The notes under the pieces were generated by a model. It saw only the letters and a program-made list of their open reading frames with translations. It was not told the origin of the DNA and ran no database searches. Shown in pieces: positions 1 through 9,822 of a stretch of 64,000 nucleotides of DNA (positions within the stretch are counted from its first letter, which is position 1; the number at the start of each line of letters is the position of its first letter). The translations under genes and the position numbers were made by a program. The DNA is from Oscillospiraceae bacterium. GTDB taxonomy: Bacteria; Bacillota; Clostridia; Oscillospirales; Ruminococcaceae. The stretch spans positions 3,252 to 67,251 of the forward strand of contig JAFUHM010000054.1 of NCBI GenBank assembly GCA_017468865.1, read 5' to 3'.

Positions 1-1872
1 TCCATTGCCATGATGTATTTCAAGGGAGTGGCGGATCACTACGGATATAGCGTGGACGAGCCCCTTGAAAACTGGTCGGAGGAGGCTGTGAACGCCATCC
101 TTTACGGCACGGGGGATACAAAGCTGACTTTGCACCGTACCACCTCATACGGGGGCGGCACATACACCCAGGCATTTGAGGGAGTGGTACACAACCTTGA
201 ACGGCGGTACCGTGAGTCGAACAGCGACTGGAGCAAGGCGGACATAGAGCAGTATATGTCCGAGGAGCCCTGTCCCGACTGCGGCGGCAAGCGTCTGAAA
301 AAGGAGATACTCAGCGTCACCGTGGGCGGAAAGAATATCGCAGAGGTGACGGATATGTCCGTCAGGGACTGCAAGGCATTCTTTGAGGAGACGGTCTTTA
401 CGGAGCGGGAGAAGTTCATCGCAGACCGCATCGTGAAGGAGATAAACGGCAGGCTCGGATTTCTCGATTCGGTGGGACTCGACTACCTCACCCTGTCACG
501 TTCGGCAGGCACTCTGTCAGGCGGAGAATCCCAGCGTATAAGGCTTGCCACCCAGATAGGCTCTTCCCTGGTGGGAGTGCTGTACATACTGGATGAACCG
601 TCCATAGGTCTTCATCAGCGTGACAACGACAAGCTGATAGGCACGCTCAAACGGCTCAGAGACCTCGGCAATACCCTCATCGTGGTGGAACACGATGAGG
701 ACACCATAAGGGCTGCGGACTTCATCGTGGATATCGGTCCCTACGCAGGGGTGAACGGCGGTGAGATCATAGCGGCAGGCACCCTTGATGACATAATAGG
801 AGCGGAGCGCTCCATAACGGGGGCGTATCTCTCGGGGAAGAGGAAGATCCCCGTGCCGGCGCAAAGGCGCAAGGGCAGCGGGAAGATGCTCACCTTCAAG
901 GGGTGCGGTGAGAACAACCTGAAGAACATCACCGTATCCATACCGCTGGGGACATTCACCTGCGTAACGGGAGTGTCAGGGTCGGGCAAGTCCTCCCTTG
1001 TAAATCAGATCATATACAAGTACCTTCAGGGGAAGCTCAACCGTGCCCGCACCCGTCCCGGGAAGTTCACATCCTGCACGGGAGTATCCCAGCTCGACAA
1101 GGTCATCGCAATAGACCAGTCACCCATCGGGCGCACCCCCAGATCAAACCCTGCCACATACACAGGCGTGTTCAACGACATAAGGGATCTGTTTGCACAG
1201 ACCAACGACGCAAAGGCGAGAGGCTACACGTCGGGGCGGTTCTCCTTCAATGTCAAGGGCGGCCGCTGCGAGGCGTGCGAGGGAGACGGCATAATCAAGA
1301 TAGAGATGCACTTCCTGCCTGATGTGTATGTCCCCTGCGAGGTCTGCGGAGGGCATCGGTACAACCGTGAGACACTTGAAGTCAGGTACAGGGGAAAGAA
1401 CATCTACGATGTGCTGGAAATGACCGTTGATGAGGGCGTGACATTCTTTGAGAACCATCCGAAGATTTACCGCAAGCTCCTCACCCTTCAGGATGTGGGA
1501 CTGGGCTATATCAAGATAGGTCAGCCTGCGACCACCCTTTCGGGAGGCGAGGCGCAGCGTGTGAAGCTGGCGACCGAGCTGTCAAAGCGCTCCACGGGGA
1601 AGACCATATACATCCTTGATGAGCCTACCACGGGACTTCATACGGCGGATGTGCATAAGCTGCTGGAGGTGCTTGACCGTCTGGCTGATGCGGGCAATAC
1701 CGTGCTTGTGATAGAGCATAATCTTGATGTCATCAAGTGCGCCGACTACATCATCGACCTGGGGCCAGAAGGCGGCGACGGGGGCGGCACCCTCGTGGCG
1801 AGCGGCACTCCGGAGGAGGTAGCGAAGGTCAAGAAGAGCTACACCGGCAGGTATCTGAAGAAACTTTTATGA
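1..1872 (+). CDS. uvrA: Excinuclease ABC subunit A (5'-truncated by window edge)
   Basis: Frame open from base 1; [24 protein letters not shown] Walker A, CEACEGDG...CEVC zinc finger, [22 protein letters not shown]. Confidence 0.98.
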   Translation, partial: SIAMMYFKGVADHYGYSVDEPLENWSEEAVNAILYGTGDTKLTLHRTTSYGGGTYTQAFEGVVHNLERRYRESNSDWSKADIEQYMSEEPCPDCGGKRLKKEILSVTVGGKNIAEVTDMSVRDCKAFFEETVFTEREKFIADRIVKEINGRLGFLDSVGLDYLTLSRSAGTLSGGESQRIRLATQIGSSLVGVLYILDEPSIGLHQRDNDKLIGTLKRLRDLGNTLIVVEHDEDTIRAADFIVDIGPYAGVNGGEIIAAGTLDDIIGAERSITGAYLSGKRKIPVPAQRRKGSGKMLTFKGCGENNLKNITVSIPLGTFTCVTGVSGSGKSSLVNQIIYKYLQGKLNRARTRPGKFTSCTGVSQLDKVIAIDQSPIGRTPRSNPATYTGVFNDIRDLFAQTNDAKARGYTSGRFSFNVKGGRCEACEGDGIIKIEMHFLPDVYVPCEVCGGHRYNRETLEVRYRGKNIYDVLEMTVDEGVTFFENHPKIYRKLLTLQDVGLGYIKIGQPATTLSGGEAQRVKLATELSKRSTGKTIYILDEPTTGLHTADVHKLLEVLDRLADAGNTVLVIEHNLDVIKCADYIIDLGPEGGDGGGTLVASGTPEEVAKVKKSYTGRYLKKLL

Positions 1873-1929
1873 CGGAGAACACGGGATAAGGTGAGAGCAT
1901 CCTCTGTCTTTGTGTTTGAGGAACGGAAT

Positions 1930-4632
1930 ATGAAATTACATGAAATAACGGGGAAGTATCTGAAAGGGCAGAAAAAGCACACCCTGATGACCATCATCGC
2001 CGTAACGGTGTCTGTGGCATTCCTGACGGTGCTCCTGAGCGCATTGTCCGTGTACAGGGCATCGAACCTTGCGGTGGTGCAGAAGAACGGCACTTACCAT
2101 GTGGTGTTCAACGGCATCACCAAGGAAGAGCTTCTGACCATACGGAATATGCCCTGCTTTGAGCAGACTCAGAACTACGGCATATCGAGCTATTCGTCAA
2201 GGACGGACATAGATTTCGGCGCCGTTGACAAGAATGCGGATATAGAGTATCTGTGCAGGAGCGGAAATCTCATGGATGCCACATTCCTGCGGATGAACGG
2301 CACTCCCGATATGCTGCCGCAGTCGATGTACACGGTGTCCGAGGGGCGGCTCCCCGAAAAGGACGGAGAGATCACCCTTTCGTACAGCTCCTCCTATATG
2401 TGGGGATATCCTGCCGTGGGGGATACGGTGACGGCGGTGCTTGTCACCTGCGGCTCTCCAGACAGGGAGGATGCGGCGCAGTTCAGGGACGGCATCTGGT
2501 TCGACATCACGGATGAACAGGCTGCAAACGGCGTGGAGGGCGACGTGAACGGGTGGTATATCCCGGAGGAACTGTCCTCGGCACTGAGCATACAGAGGGC
2601 GAACGAAGTCTCCTTTACGGTGGTGGGCTTTACCCCGGAATACTCATTTGTCACCTATGACGACACAAGGCTGAGGGCGCTCTCATCGAACAAGGATCAG
2701 CTCCTGTGCAGATTTCCCTCCACCATGTCCGACCCATACTGGGATATGGAGCCCCTTTTCCGTGAAGCGGGGATGGAGCTGGACGACTTTGACTACGGCG
2801 TGAATGACGACCTTCTCAATGCGGAGGGGCTTGGCACGGACGCCAAGTTCAACACGGCGAGGTTCTTCGCTGTGATGTATCTGTTCATTATCTTCATCAT
2901 GTTCTGCGCAAGACTGGTGATAGATGACTCCTTCGAGATATCCGCCAAGGAGAGGATAAAGCAGTTCGGCCTGCTCAAAGCCGTGGGCGCATCGAAGAAG
3001 CAGATATTCTCCATGCTGGTGACGGAGGCTGTCTATCTGGCGGTGCCGGGCATCATCATGGGACTTGCCCTTGGCATCGGACTTGCACGCCTCATCTTCG
3101 GGCTGATAGTCAGCATGGGAGTGACAGGCTCGGGCAAATATGACGTGGCTGACATGGTATTTGAAGTGCAGCCCTATGTGTATATCTCCGCAGTGGTCAT
3201 GGGTCTGCTCTGGGTCATCATTTCTGCGGTGGCTACGGGAATGAGATCCATAAAGTCCACACCCGTGGAGGCTCTGCGCTCGGCAGGCAGACAGGATGCT
3301 GTGCGCATACCCGCTAAGCCTACCGCCATAGCACGGGGCGGCTCATTCATCCCTGCCTATGCCTCCCTCTCCGTAAAGAGGAATACCAAGAGATTTATCA
3401 TAACCATAGTATCAATGGTCATGAGCATCACGCTGTTCACGGGATTTTCCTACGGGGTGAGCCTGCTTGAACAGGGAACGGCAAACGAATACGACGTGCT
3501 GCGTGAGCCCTTTGACTATGCGCTCGAATATGCGTCCACCGACCCGGTGGCGGCATTCGACACGGCACGCTCCCTGGCAGAGTCGGAGGGGAAGTTCACC
3601 TCCGCACTGGTAAACTCACGGTTTTTGGTATATGCCTCAAAGGAGGAACTGGGGACTGAGACACTTGAGTCGGATACTGCTCTGCTCAATATCGTGCCTG
3701 TCAACAAAGCTGAATTTGATGCGCACATCACGTCGGACGTATCCTACGAGGAGCTTGACAAGTGCGGTCTGATGCTGTGCAGCAAGATATACGGCGACAA
3801 CTATGCCTTCCTCTACGATCTGTACACGGCAGCTCCGCAGAAGGTGTCGGGAAAGTATTTTTATTCAAGCACCATGAGCTTCGAGCAGGAGTGCGAATTT
3901 GAGGTGAAGGGGCTCTACACATCGGATATCCATACCTTTATGGGACAGTATCAGATGCCTGTTGCCATCGTGTCCGAGAACACATACAGGACGCTCCTTA
4001 CCACTGTGGGGAAGGATGACAACACCGTTGTCAGCACAGCCGACGACGGTACGGAGTACAAGGTGTATTATTCAAAGATACTGCTCTCCTCCTCCGATCA
4101 GACCGTGTCGAAGAACTACCTGGACAAGTACTTCTACGGACAGTACACCAACAATGCGGGCGACAGGGCGGATGCAGAGATGCTCCTGCGTGTGATAAAG
4201 CTGGTGGGATACTTCATCATCGCTGTGGTGTCCCTGATAGCCGTTATAAATATCGTGAACATAATCTCCGCAAATGTGCTCAACCGCACATCGGAGCTTG
4301 CGATGCTGCGTGCCTGCGGTATGTCGGACAGGCAGATATACTCTCTGCTGTTCCGTGAGAGCACGATCTATGCGGGGCTGTCGGGGATAATATCCGCTGT
4401 GCTTGTCGAACTTGCGGTGCTGGTGATACAGCTGCCGTTCATGACGAATTTCAATGACCTTGACTTTGATGACCTGCCGTTCACATTCAGCTACACGGAG
4501 CCGCTGGTCTACCTTGTCATCGGCATCGCCTGCGCATTTGTAATAGCGGCGGCGGCATCTTTTGCTGCGGCAAGGCGCACGCTTTCTTCCACCATAGTGG
4601 AAAATCTGCGCAGTATGGAACAGTATACATGA
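1930..4632 (+). CDS. FtsX/MacB-family ABC permease (two FtsX-type TM blocks, large extracytoplasmic loops)
   Basis: ERIKQFGLLKAVGASKKQI and RTSELAMLRACGMSDRQI FtsX motifs; likely ATG 1930 (ORF track starts at GTG 1891). Confidence 0.88.
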   Translation: MKLHEITGKYLKGQKKHTLMTIIAVTVSVAFLTVLLSALSVYRASNLAVVQKNGTYHVVFNGITKEELLTIRNMPCFEQTQNYGISSYSSRTDIDFGAVDKNADIEYLCRSGNLMDATFLRMNGTPDMLPQSMYTVSEGRLPEKDGEITLSYSSSYMWGYPAVGDTVTAVLVTCGSPDREDAAQFRDGIWFDITDEQAANGVEGDVNGWYIPEELSSALSIQRANEVSFTVVGFTPEYSFVTYDDTRLRALSSNKDQLLCRFPSTMSDPYWDMEPLFREAGMELDDFDYGVNDDLLNAEGLGTDAKFNTARFFAVMYLFIIFIMFCARLVIDDSFEISAKERIKQFGLLKAVGASKKQIFSMLVTEAVYLAVPGIIMGLALGIGLARLIFGLIVSMGVTGSGKYDVADMVFEVQPYVYISAVVMGLLWVIISAVATGMRSIKSTPVEALRSAGRQDAVRIPAKPTAIARGGSFIPAYASLSVKRNTKRFIITIVSMVMSITLFTGFSYGVSLLEQGTANEYDVLREPFDYALEYASTDPVAAFDTARSLAESEGKFTSALVNSRFLVYASKEELGTETLESDTALLNIVPVNKAEFDAHITSDVSYEELDKCGLMLCSKIYGDNYAFLYDLYTAAPQKVSGKYFYSSTMSFEQECEFEVKGLYTSDIHTFMGQYQMPVAIVSENTYRTLLTTVGKDDNTVVSTADDGTEYKVYYSKILLSSSDQTVSKNYLDKYFYGQYTNNAGDRADAEMLLRVIKLVGYFIIAVVSLIAVINIVNIISANVLNRTSELAMLRACGMSDRQIYSLLFRESTIYAGLSGIISAVLVELAVLVIQLPFMTNFNDLDFDDLPFTFSYTEPLVYLVIGIACAFVIAAAASFAAARRTLSSTIVENLRSMEQYT

Positions 4633-4646
4633 TAGGGGCGAGGATA

Positions 4647-5864
4647 ATGAAGAAAGAGATACTTGCCGTCCTGATGGCGGTGATGCTCACGGGCTGCGGC
4701 GACAAGGTCGGGGAGTTCATGGACATAGATGCCAACATCGGCATGAATGCTCCCGCACTGGGGTCGGTGACTTCCGTGACAAATGCGGAGACGACCGTCA
4801 CGGAGGCGGAGACGACCACCGTAACCACGGCAAAGACCCGTGAGCAGCTCCTTGATGAGCGTGCCGACGAGATCGCAAAGGGAATGAAGATCGACGAGAA
4901 GATAGGTCAGCTCATTCTGGGACGTGCATCCTCAGACCCTGCGGCGGATATGCAGACGTATCATCTTGGGGGCATTACATTTTATGCTGAGGATTTTAGG
5001 AACAGTGACCCCGATGCTTTTCGGGGAAAGATAGCCGACATCACGGAGAATGCCGCCGTTACGCCGTTCTTTGCGGTGGATGAAGAGGGCGGCAGCATAG
5101 TCAGGGTAAGCAAGTACAGGCAGTTCCGTGATGAGCCTTTCGCATCGCCGAGGGAGCTTTTCAACAGGGGCGGCACGGAGCTCCTGGCTGTGGATACACA
5201 GGAGAAGGCGGAGCTTCTAAAGAGCATAGGACTTAATCTCAATCTGGCACCCGTGGCGGACGTATCCGAGGATGAGGGGAGCTACATCTACGACCGCACC
5301 CTTGGACAGGACTGCGAAACGACTGCCGAGGCGGTGGCACAGATAGTACACACCGCAAACGAGAACGGGCTTGCTTCCTGCCTCAAGCACTTCCCCGGCT
5401 ACGGAGAGAATGTGGACACACATACGGGCGTGGCTCATGACCCGACCGAGGCGCAGGTGATCTACTACAATGACCTCACCGTTTTTTCCGCAGGCATTGC
5501 CGCAGATGAGGAGCGCACCCCTGCTGTGATGGTGGCGCACACCATATATGACGGCATCGACCCCGAGCATCCCGCATCCCTTTCGCCTGAGATACATAAG
5601 GTGCTGCGTGAGAGGGCAGGGTTTGACGGCGTTGCCATAACGGACGATCTGGGGATGGATGCCATAAAGGAATATGCGTCAAGCGGCTCTGTCTATGTGG
5701 AGGCGCTCCTTGCGGATAACGACCTTCTCTGCGTGACGGACATCCACACGGCATACAATGACCTTGTATATGCCTACAACGACGGCATCATCAACGATGA
5801 GATCATAGAAAAGCACCTTCACCGCATACTTGTGATGAAGCTGGAATACGGCATCATCGAATGA
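4647..5864 (+). CDS. GH3 beta-N-acetylhexosaminidase (NagZ-like), lipoprotein
   Basis: Lipobox MLTGC, Thr/Glu linker, VDEEGG, APVADV, KHFPGYG..DTH, ITDDLGM. Confidence 0.88.
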   Translation: MKKEILAVLMAVMLTGCGDKVGEFMDIDANIGMNAPALGSVTSVTNAETTVTEAETTTVTTAKTREQLLDERADEIAKGMKIDEKIGQLILGRASSDPAADMQTYHLGGITFYAEDFRNSDPDAFRGKIADITENAAVTPFFAVDEEGGSIVRVSKYRQFRDEPFASPRELFNRGGTELLAVDTQEKAELLKSIGLNLNLAPVADVSEDEGSYIYDRTLGQDCETTAEAVAQIVHTANENGLASCLKHFPGYGENVDTHTGVAHDPTEAQVIYYNDLTVFSAGIAADEERTPAVMVAHTIYDGIDPEHPASLSPEIHKVLRERAGFDGVAITDDLGMDAIKEYASSGSVYVEALLADNDLLCVTDIHTAYNDLVYAYNDGIINDEIIEKHLHRILVMKLEYGIIE

Positions 5865-5885
5865 GCTTCACGAACATGGAAACAG

Positions 5886-5917
5886 CTGCCCCGGACATTG
5901 TCAGGGGCAGTTTATTT
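5886..5917 (+). terminator. Rho-independent terminator
   Basis: CTGCCCC/GGGGCAG stem followed by TTTATTT. Confidence 0.7.
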
Positions 5918-5970
5918 CTGCTGCGGTGCGGGGCAAATAAGTACAGATTGTGAACTTTTTGGGATACCTC

Positions 5971-5999
5971 TTGTATTTTCAGCGGAGGTGTGTTATAAT
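5971..5999 (+). promoter_or_regulatory. SigA promoter of obgE
   Basis: TTGTAT-17bp-TATAAT with extended TGn. Confidence 0.7.
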
Positions 6000-6046
6000 C
6001 AAAGAGTGTTTGTTTATTGAAGAAATTTCCGTGATCGGAGTATCAT

Positions 6047-7324
6047 ATGTTTGTAGATAAAGCCATAATCAATATTAAGGCGGGTGACGGGGGAGACGGC
6101 GCTGTTTCCTTCCACCGTGAAAAATATGTGGCGGCAGGCGGACCCGACGGGGGTGACGGCGGCAAGGTCGGCGACATCGTATTCGTTGCCGATGACTCAC
6201 TGTCAACGCTTATCGACTTCCGCTACAAGCGCAAGTATCATGCGGAGAAGGGGCAGAGCGGCGGCGGAGGCAACCGCACCGGAAAGAACGCTCCCGACCT
6301 TGTGATAAAGGTGCCCAGAGGCACGGTGATAAGAGAGCGTGAGTCGGGGCGCATCATCGCCGATATTTCGGGTGATGAGCCTGTGGTCGCTGCAAAGGGC
6401 GGCAAGGGCGGCAAGGGCAATGCAAGATTTGCCACCCCAACCAGACAGATACCCCGCTTTTCAAAGCCGGGCTTTCTCGGAGAGGAATTTGAGGTCACTC
6501 TCGAACTCAAGTTCCTGGCGGATGTGGGACTTGTAGGCTTCCCGAATGTGGGAAAGTCCACCCTTATCTCCGTGGTGTCAGCCGCAAAGCCCAAGATCGC
6601 AAACTATCACTTTACCACCCTTTCGCCTGTGCTGGGCGTGGTCCGTGTGGATGAGGGCAACTCATTCGTAATGGCGGATATCCCCGGACTTATCGAGGGG
6701 GCAGCAGACGGTGTGGGTCTGGGGCATGAATTCCTGCGGCACGTTGACCGATGCAGGCTCATAGTCCATGTTGTGGACGTATCGGGCAGCGAGGGGCGTG
6801 ATCCGAAGGAGGACTTCGAGATAATAAACAGGGAGCTGGCGAACTTCTCCGATGAGCTTGCGGCACGGCCTCAGATCGTGTGCGCAAACAAGTCGGATAT
6901 GGCGACCCCTGAGCAGATAAAGGACTTCACCGACTATGTGAAGGCGAAGGGCTGCGATGTGTATACCATATCCGCCGCCACTACCACGGGCACAAGGGAG
7001 CTTGTGGACAGGATCGCCGAGGAACTGGCGAAGCTCCCGCCCATAAAGAGATATGAGCCTGAGCCTCCCGCAGTCGTTCTTGATGAGCACGCAGGCGACG
7101 GGCAGAAGTTCGAGATCACCAGAGGGGACGATGCGGTATTCTATGTGGAGGCTCCCTGGCTCGAACATATCATACGCACGGTGGACATGGATGACTATAT
7201 GTCGCTCCAGTACTTCCAGAAGGTGCTGCGCACATCGGGCATCATCGCAAAGCTGGAGGAAATGGGCATAGATGAGGGCGACACGGTCAACATCTTCGGA
7301 TTTGAGTTCGACTTCGTATTCTGA
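6047..7324 (+). CDS. obgE: GTPase ObgE/CgtA
   Basis: MFVDKAII..AGDGGDG Obg fold, GFPNVGKST, DIPGLIEGA, NKSD, C-terminal OCT domain. Confidence 0.97.
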   Translation: MFVDKAIINIKAGDGGDGAVSFHREKYVAAGGPDGGDGGKVGDIVFVADDSLSTLIDFRYKRKYHAEKGQSGGGGNRTGKNAPDLVIKVPRGTVIRERESGRIIADISGDEPVVAAKGGKGGKGNARFATPTRQIPRFSKPGFLGEEFEVTLELKFLADVGLVGFPNVGKSTLISVVSAAKPKIANYHFTTLSPVLGVVRVDEGNSFVMADIPGLIEGAADGVGLGHEFLRHVDRCRLIVHVVDVSGSEGRDPKEDFEIINRELANFSDELAARPQIVCANKSDMATPEQIKDFTDYVKAKGCDVYTISAATTTGTRELVDRIAEELAKLPPIKRYEPEPPAVVLDEHAGDGQKFEITRGDDAVFYVEAPWLEHIIRTVDMDDYMSLQYFQKVLRTSGIIAKLEEMGIDEGDTVNIFGFEFDFVF

Positions 7325-7334
7325 TGAGGCGGCT

Positions 7335-7733
7335 ATGGATATCTTGACTCCACATCAGGCAAAGCAGTACAGTCCTGCGGCGATGGCTTTTCTGGGGGAT
7401 GCGGTGTACAGCGAACTTGTCAGGCGGCATCTTCTGCTTGACGCCAATATGCCCATAGGCAAGCTCCACAAGCAGTCGGTGGCACTTGTCCGTGCCGCTT
7501 CACAGTCAAGGGCGTATGAGCTGATACTCCCCATGCTCGGTGAGGATGAGGCGGATATACTCAGACGGGGACGCAATGCCACGCATACTCACAACACGCC
7601 GAAAAGCTCGGATATTGAGGAATACACGAGGGCTACCGCTCTTGAGGCTCTGTTCGGCTATCTGAAGCTTATGGGAAATGACGGTCGGATAAACGATCTT
7701 TTCAATACAATATGGGAAAACTTTACACGATAA
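7335..7733 (+). CDS. mrnC: Mini-ribonuclease III
   Basis: AFLGDAVY, RRGRNA, YTRATALEALFGYL; start ATG 7335. Confidence 0.9.
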   Translation: MDILTPHQAKQYSPAAMAFLGDAVYSELVRRHLLLDANMPIGKLHKQSVALVRAASQSRAYELILPMLGEDEADILRRGRNATHTHNTPKSSDIEEYTRATALEALFGYLKLMGNDGRINDLFNTIWENFTR

Positions 7734-7746
7734 CAGGAGGATACAT

Positions 7747-8490
7747 ATGTCCGGACATTCAAAATGGAACAATATCAAGCGCAAGAAAGAGGCTACCGAC
7801 GGTGCCAAGGCAAAGATATTCACCAAGATAGGCAGAGAGATAGCCGTGTGCGTGAAGGAGGGCGGCGGAGATCCCAACAACAACGCAAAGCTCCGTGATC
7901 TTATCGCAAAGGCAAAGTCAAACAACGTCCCCAACGACAACATAGACCGCATCATCAAGAAGGCTATGGGCGATTCGGACAAGACCAACTATGAGGCAAA
8001 TGTCTATGAGGGATACGGTCCTTCGGGCGTGGCAGTCATAGTCGAGACTCTTACGGACAACAAGAACCGCACGGCAGGCGATATACGCCACTACTTCGAC
8101 AAGTTCGGCGGGAATCTGGGCACTTCGGGATGCGTTTCATTCATGTTCTCCGACAAGGGCATCGTTATAGCCGAGAATACGGGGCTTGACGAGGACAAGG
8201 TGATGGACGACGTATTTGAATGCGGCGCAAACGACTTCACCATGGACGATGATGAGATAGAGATAGAGACAGATCCCAATTCCGTGGGTGCGGTGCGTGA
8301 GGCTCTTGAGGCAAAGGGCTACAAGGTGCTTTCCGCCGAGGCTGTGAAGATACCTTCCACCTACACCACCCTTACCGATGAGGATGCCATCCGCAAGATG
8401 AACCTCCTGCTGGAGAACCTTGAGGACAACGATGACGTTCAGAACGTGTATCACAACTGGGATATGCCCGAATCCGACGAGGAAGAATGA
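7747..8490 (+). CDS. yebC: YebC/PmpR family protein
   Basis: MSGHSKWNNIKRKK, YEGYGPSG, TDNKNRT, DDVQNVYHN. Confidence 0.96.
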   Translation: MSGHSKWNNIKRKKEATDGAKAKIFTKIGREIAVCVKEGGGDPNNNAKLRDLIAKAKSNNVPNDNIDRIIKKAMGDSDKTNYEANVYEGYGPSGVAVIVETLTDNKNRTAGDIRHYFDKFGGNLGTSGCVSFMFSDKGIVIAENTGLDEDKVMDDVFECGANDFTMDDDEIEIETDPNSVGAVREALEAKGYKVLSAEAVKIPSTYTTLTDEDAIRKMNLLLENLEDNDDVQNVYHNWDMPESDEEE

Positions 8491-8620
8491 TATAAAGAGC
8501 AGGCGCAGGGAGCGGCGCTGATACAATAGTTTTGCGCCATAGTATTTCTGATGCAAGGTCAGAAGTGTTGTGGCGTTTTTATTGACAACAGTGATGCGGC
8601 GCTGTAATAGTTACTGACGT

Positions 8621-9610
8621 AAATCGGAATTTTACGGAGCAATGTTCATATGAAAAAAGCATTTAAGATAATCGGAAAGGTATTTCTTGTAATCATAATA
8701 TTACTAATCATTTTCTTGCTAATAGTGTTCATATACAATAAAATTATGATGAATAAGGAAAAGGCACTATTGGACGAACCTCTCGGCGAAATGATAGAGG
8801 TTGACGGACACAATATGTGCATATACTCTGAGGGTGAAGGTGAACATACATTAGTATTTCTTTCAGGATCGGGAACTGCTTCTCCTATACTTGATTTCAG
8901 AAGTCTTTATAGTTTATTGGATGATGATTATAGGATAGTAGTTGTTGAAAAATTTGGCTACGGTTTAAGTGATGTAGTCAATACTGAAAGGTCATTTGAT
9001 ACAATACTTAGGCAGGACAGAGAAGCACTTTCAAAGGCTGGAATTGATGCTCCGTTTATCCTCTGTCCTCATTCAATGTCCGGACTTGAAGCGATACTTT
9101 GGACACAAGAATATCCGGATGAAGTTGAAGCAATCGTAGGCCTTGATATGTCTCTGCCACGCTCTTATGACAACTTTAATTATTCAAAAACAGAGCGATT
9201 TGAAAGAATTGCAGCTATTGGACGAGATTTGGGGATCATCAGATTTTACTATTCTGACAGCTCACTTCCTCAAGGACTTTCAGAAGATGAGAAAGATTTA
9301 TACCGAGCAATAGCCTGTAAAATAGCTGTAAACGATGACGTTATAAATGAAGGTCTTGCTATCCCCGATGCCGTCAAAAAGATCGACGGAGCGCCTAAGC
9401 CTGATATACCAATGTTAATGTTTGTATCTGACGGAAAAGAAACAGGCATTGAAAAGTGGTCGGAGATACAAAAAGAGTATGCTTCTGAACTGTCAAATGC
9501 AACTGTTGTTGAACTGGATTGCGGACACTATGTTCATAATTATAAGCAGGAGCAAATAAGTGAAGAAATGAAAGAATTTATTGGAAATATTAAGTGATAA
9601 ATTCTGATAT
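8621..9610. repeat. Imperfect 12-bp inverted repeat pair flanking the hydrolase gene
   Basis: AAATCGGAATTT (8621-8632) vs AAATTCTGATAT (9599-9610); 10/12 match to reverse complement. Confidence 0.5.
8650..9597 (+). CDS. Membrane-anchored alpha/beta hydrolase, AT-rich
   Basis: N-terminal TM, VFLSGSG, EKFGYGLS, PHSMSG nucleophile elbow, GHYVH; markedly lower GC than flanks. Confidence 0.85.
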   Translation: MKKAFKIIGKVFLVIIILLIIFLLIVFIYNKIMMNKEKALLDEPLGEMIEVDGHNMCIYSEGEGEHTLVFLSGSGTASPILDFRSLYSLLDDDYRIVVVEKFGYGLSDVVNTERSFDTILRQDREALSKAGIDAPFILCPHSMSGLEAILWTQEYPDEVEAIVGLDMSLPRSYDNFNYSKTERFERIAAIGRDLGIIRFYYSDSSLPQGLSEDEKDLYRAIACKIAVNDDVINEGLAIPDAVKKIDGAPKPDIPMLMFVSDGKETGIEKWSEIQKEYASELSNATVVELDCGHYVHNYKQEQISEEMKEFIGNIK

Positions 9611-9636
9611 AGCTTAGTATCCGAATAATAACAATG

Positions 9637-9664
9637 CCCCGAAGCACTTTGAAGTGCTTCGGGG
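9637..9664. terminator. Perfect 13-bp hairpin, probable terminator
   Basis: CCCCGAAGCACTT-TG-AAGTGCTTCGGGG; no clear U-tract. Confidence 0.6.
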
Positions 9665-9759
9665 GTAAAACTTCTGTATGGGTATCTTTCTAAAAGCCTG
9701 CTCTTTTTTGATATCAGATTAGAATTTGATTAAAAGCAGTTTACAAATTAAAAAAACGC

Positions 9760-9788
9760 TTGCAATATCCCAAAGAGTATGTTATACT
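9760..9788 (+). promoter_or_regulatory. SigA promoter
   Basis: TTGCAA-17bp-TATACT with extended TG. Confidence 0.6.
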
Positions 9789-9822
9789 AACATCTGATGA
9801 CACATACAGGGAGGGTAATAAT

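Noticed and set aside
1-1872. uvrA as the transport ATPase for the adjacent permease
   Set aside because: Canonical UvrA with zinc-finger insertion and repair-type motifs; no evidence for a transport role
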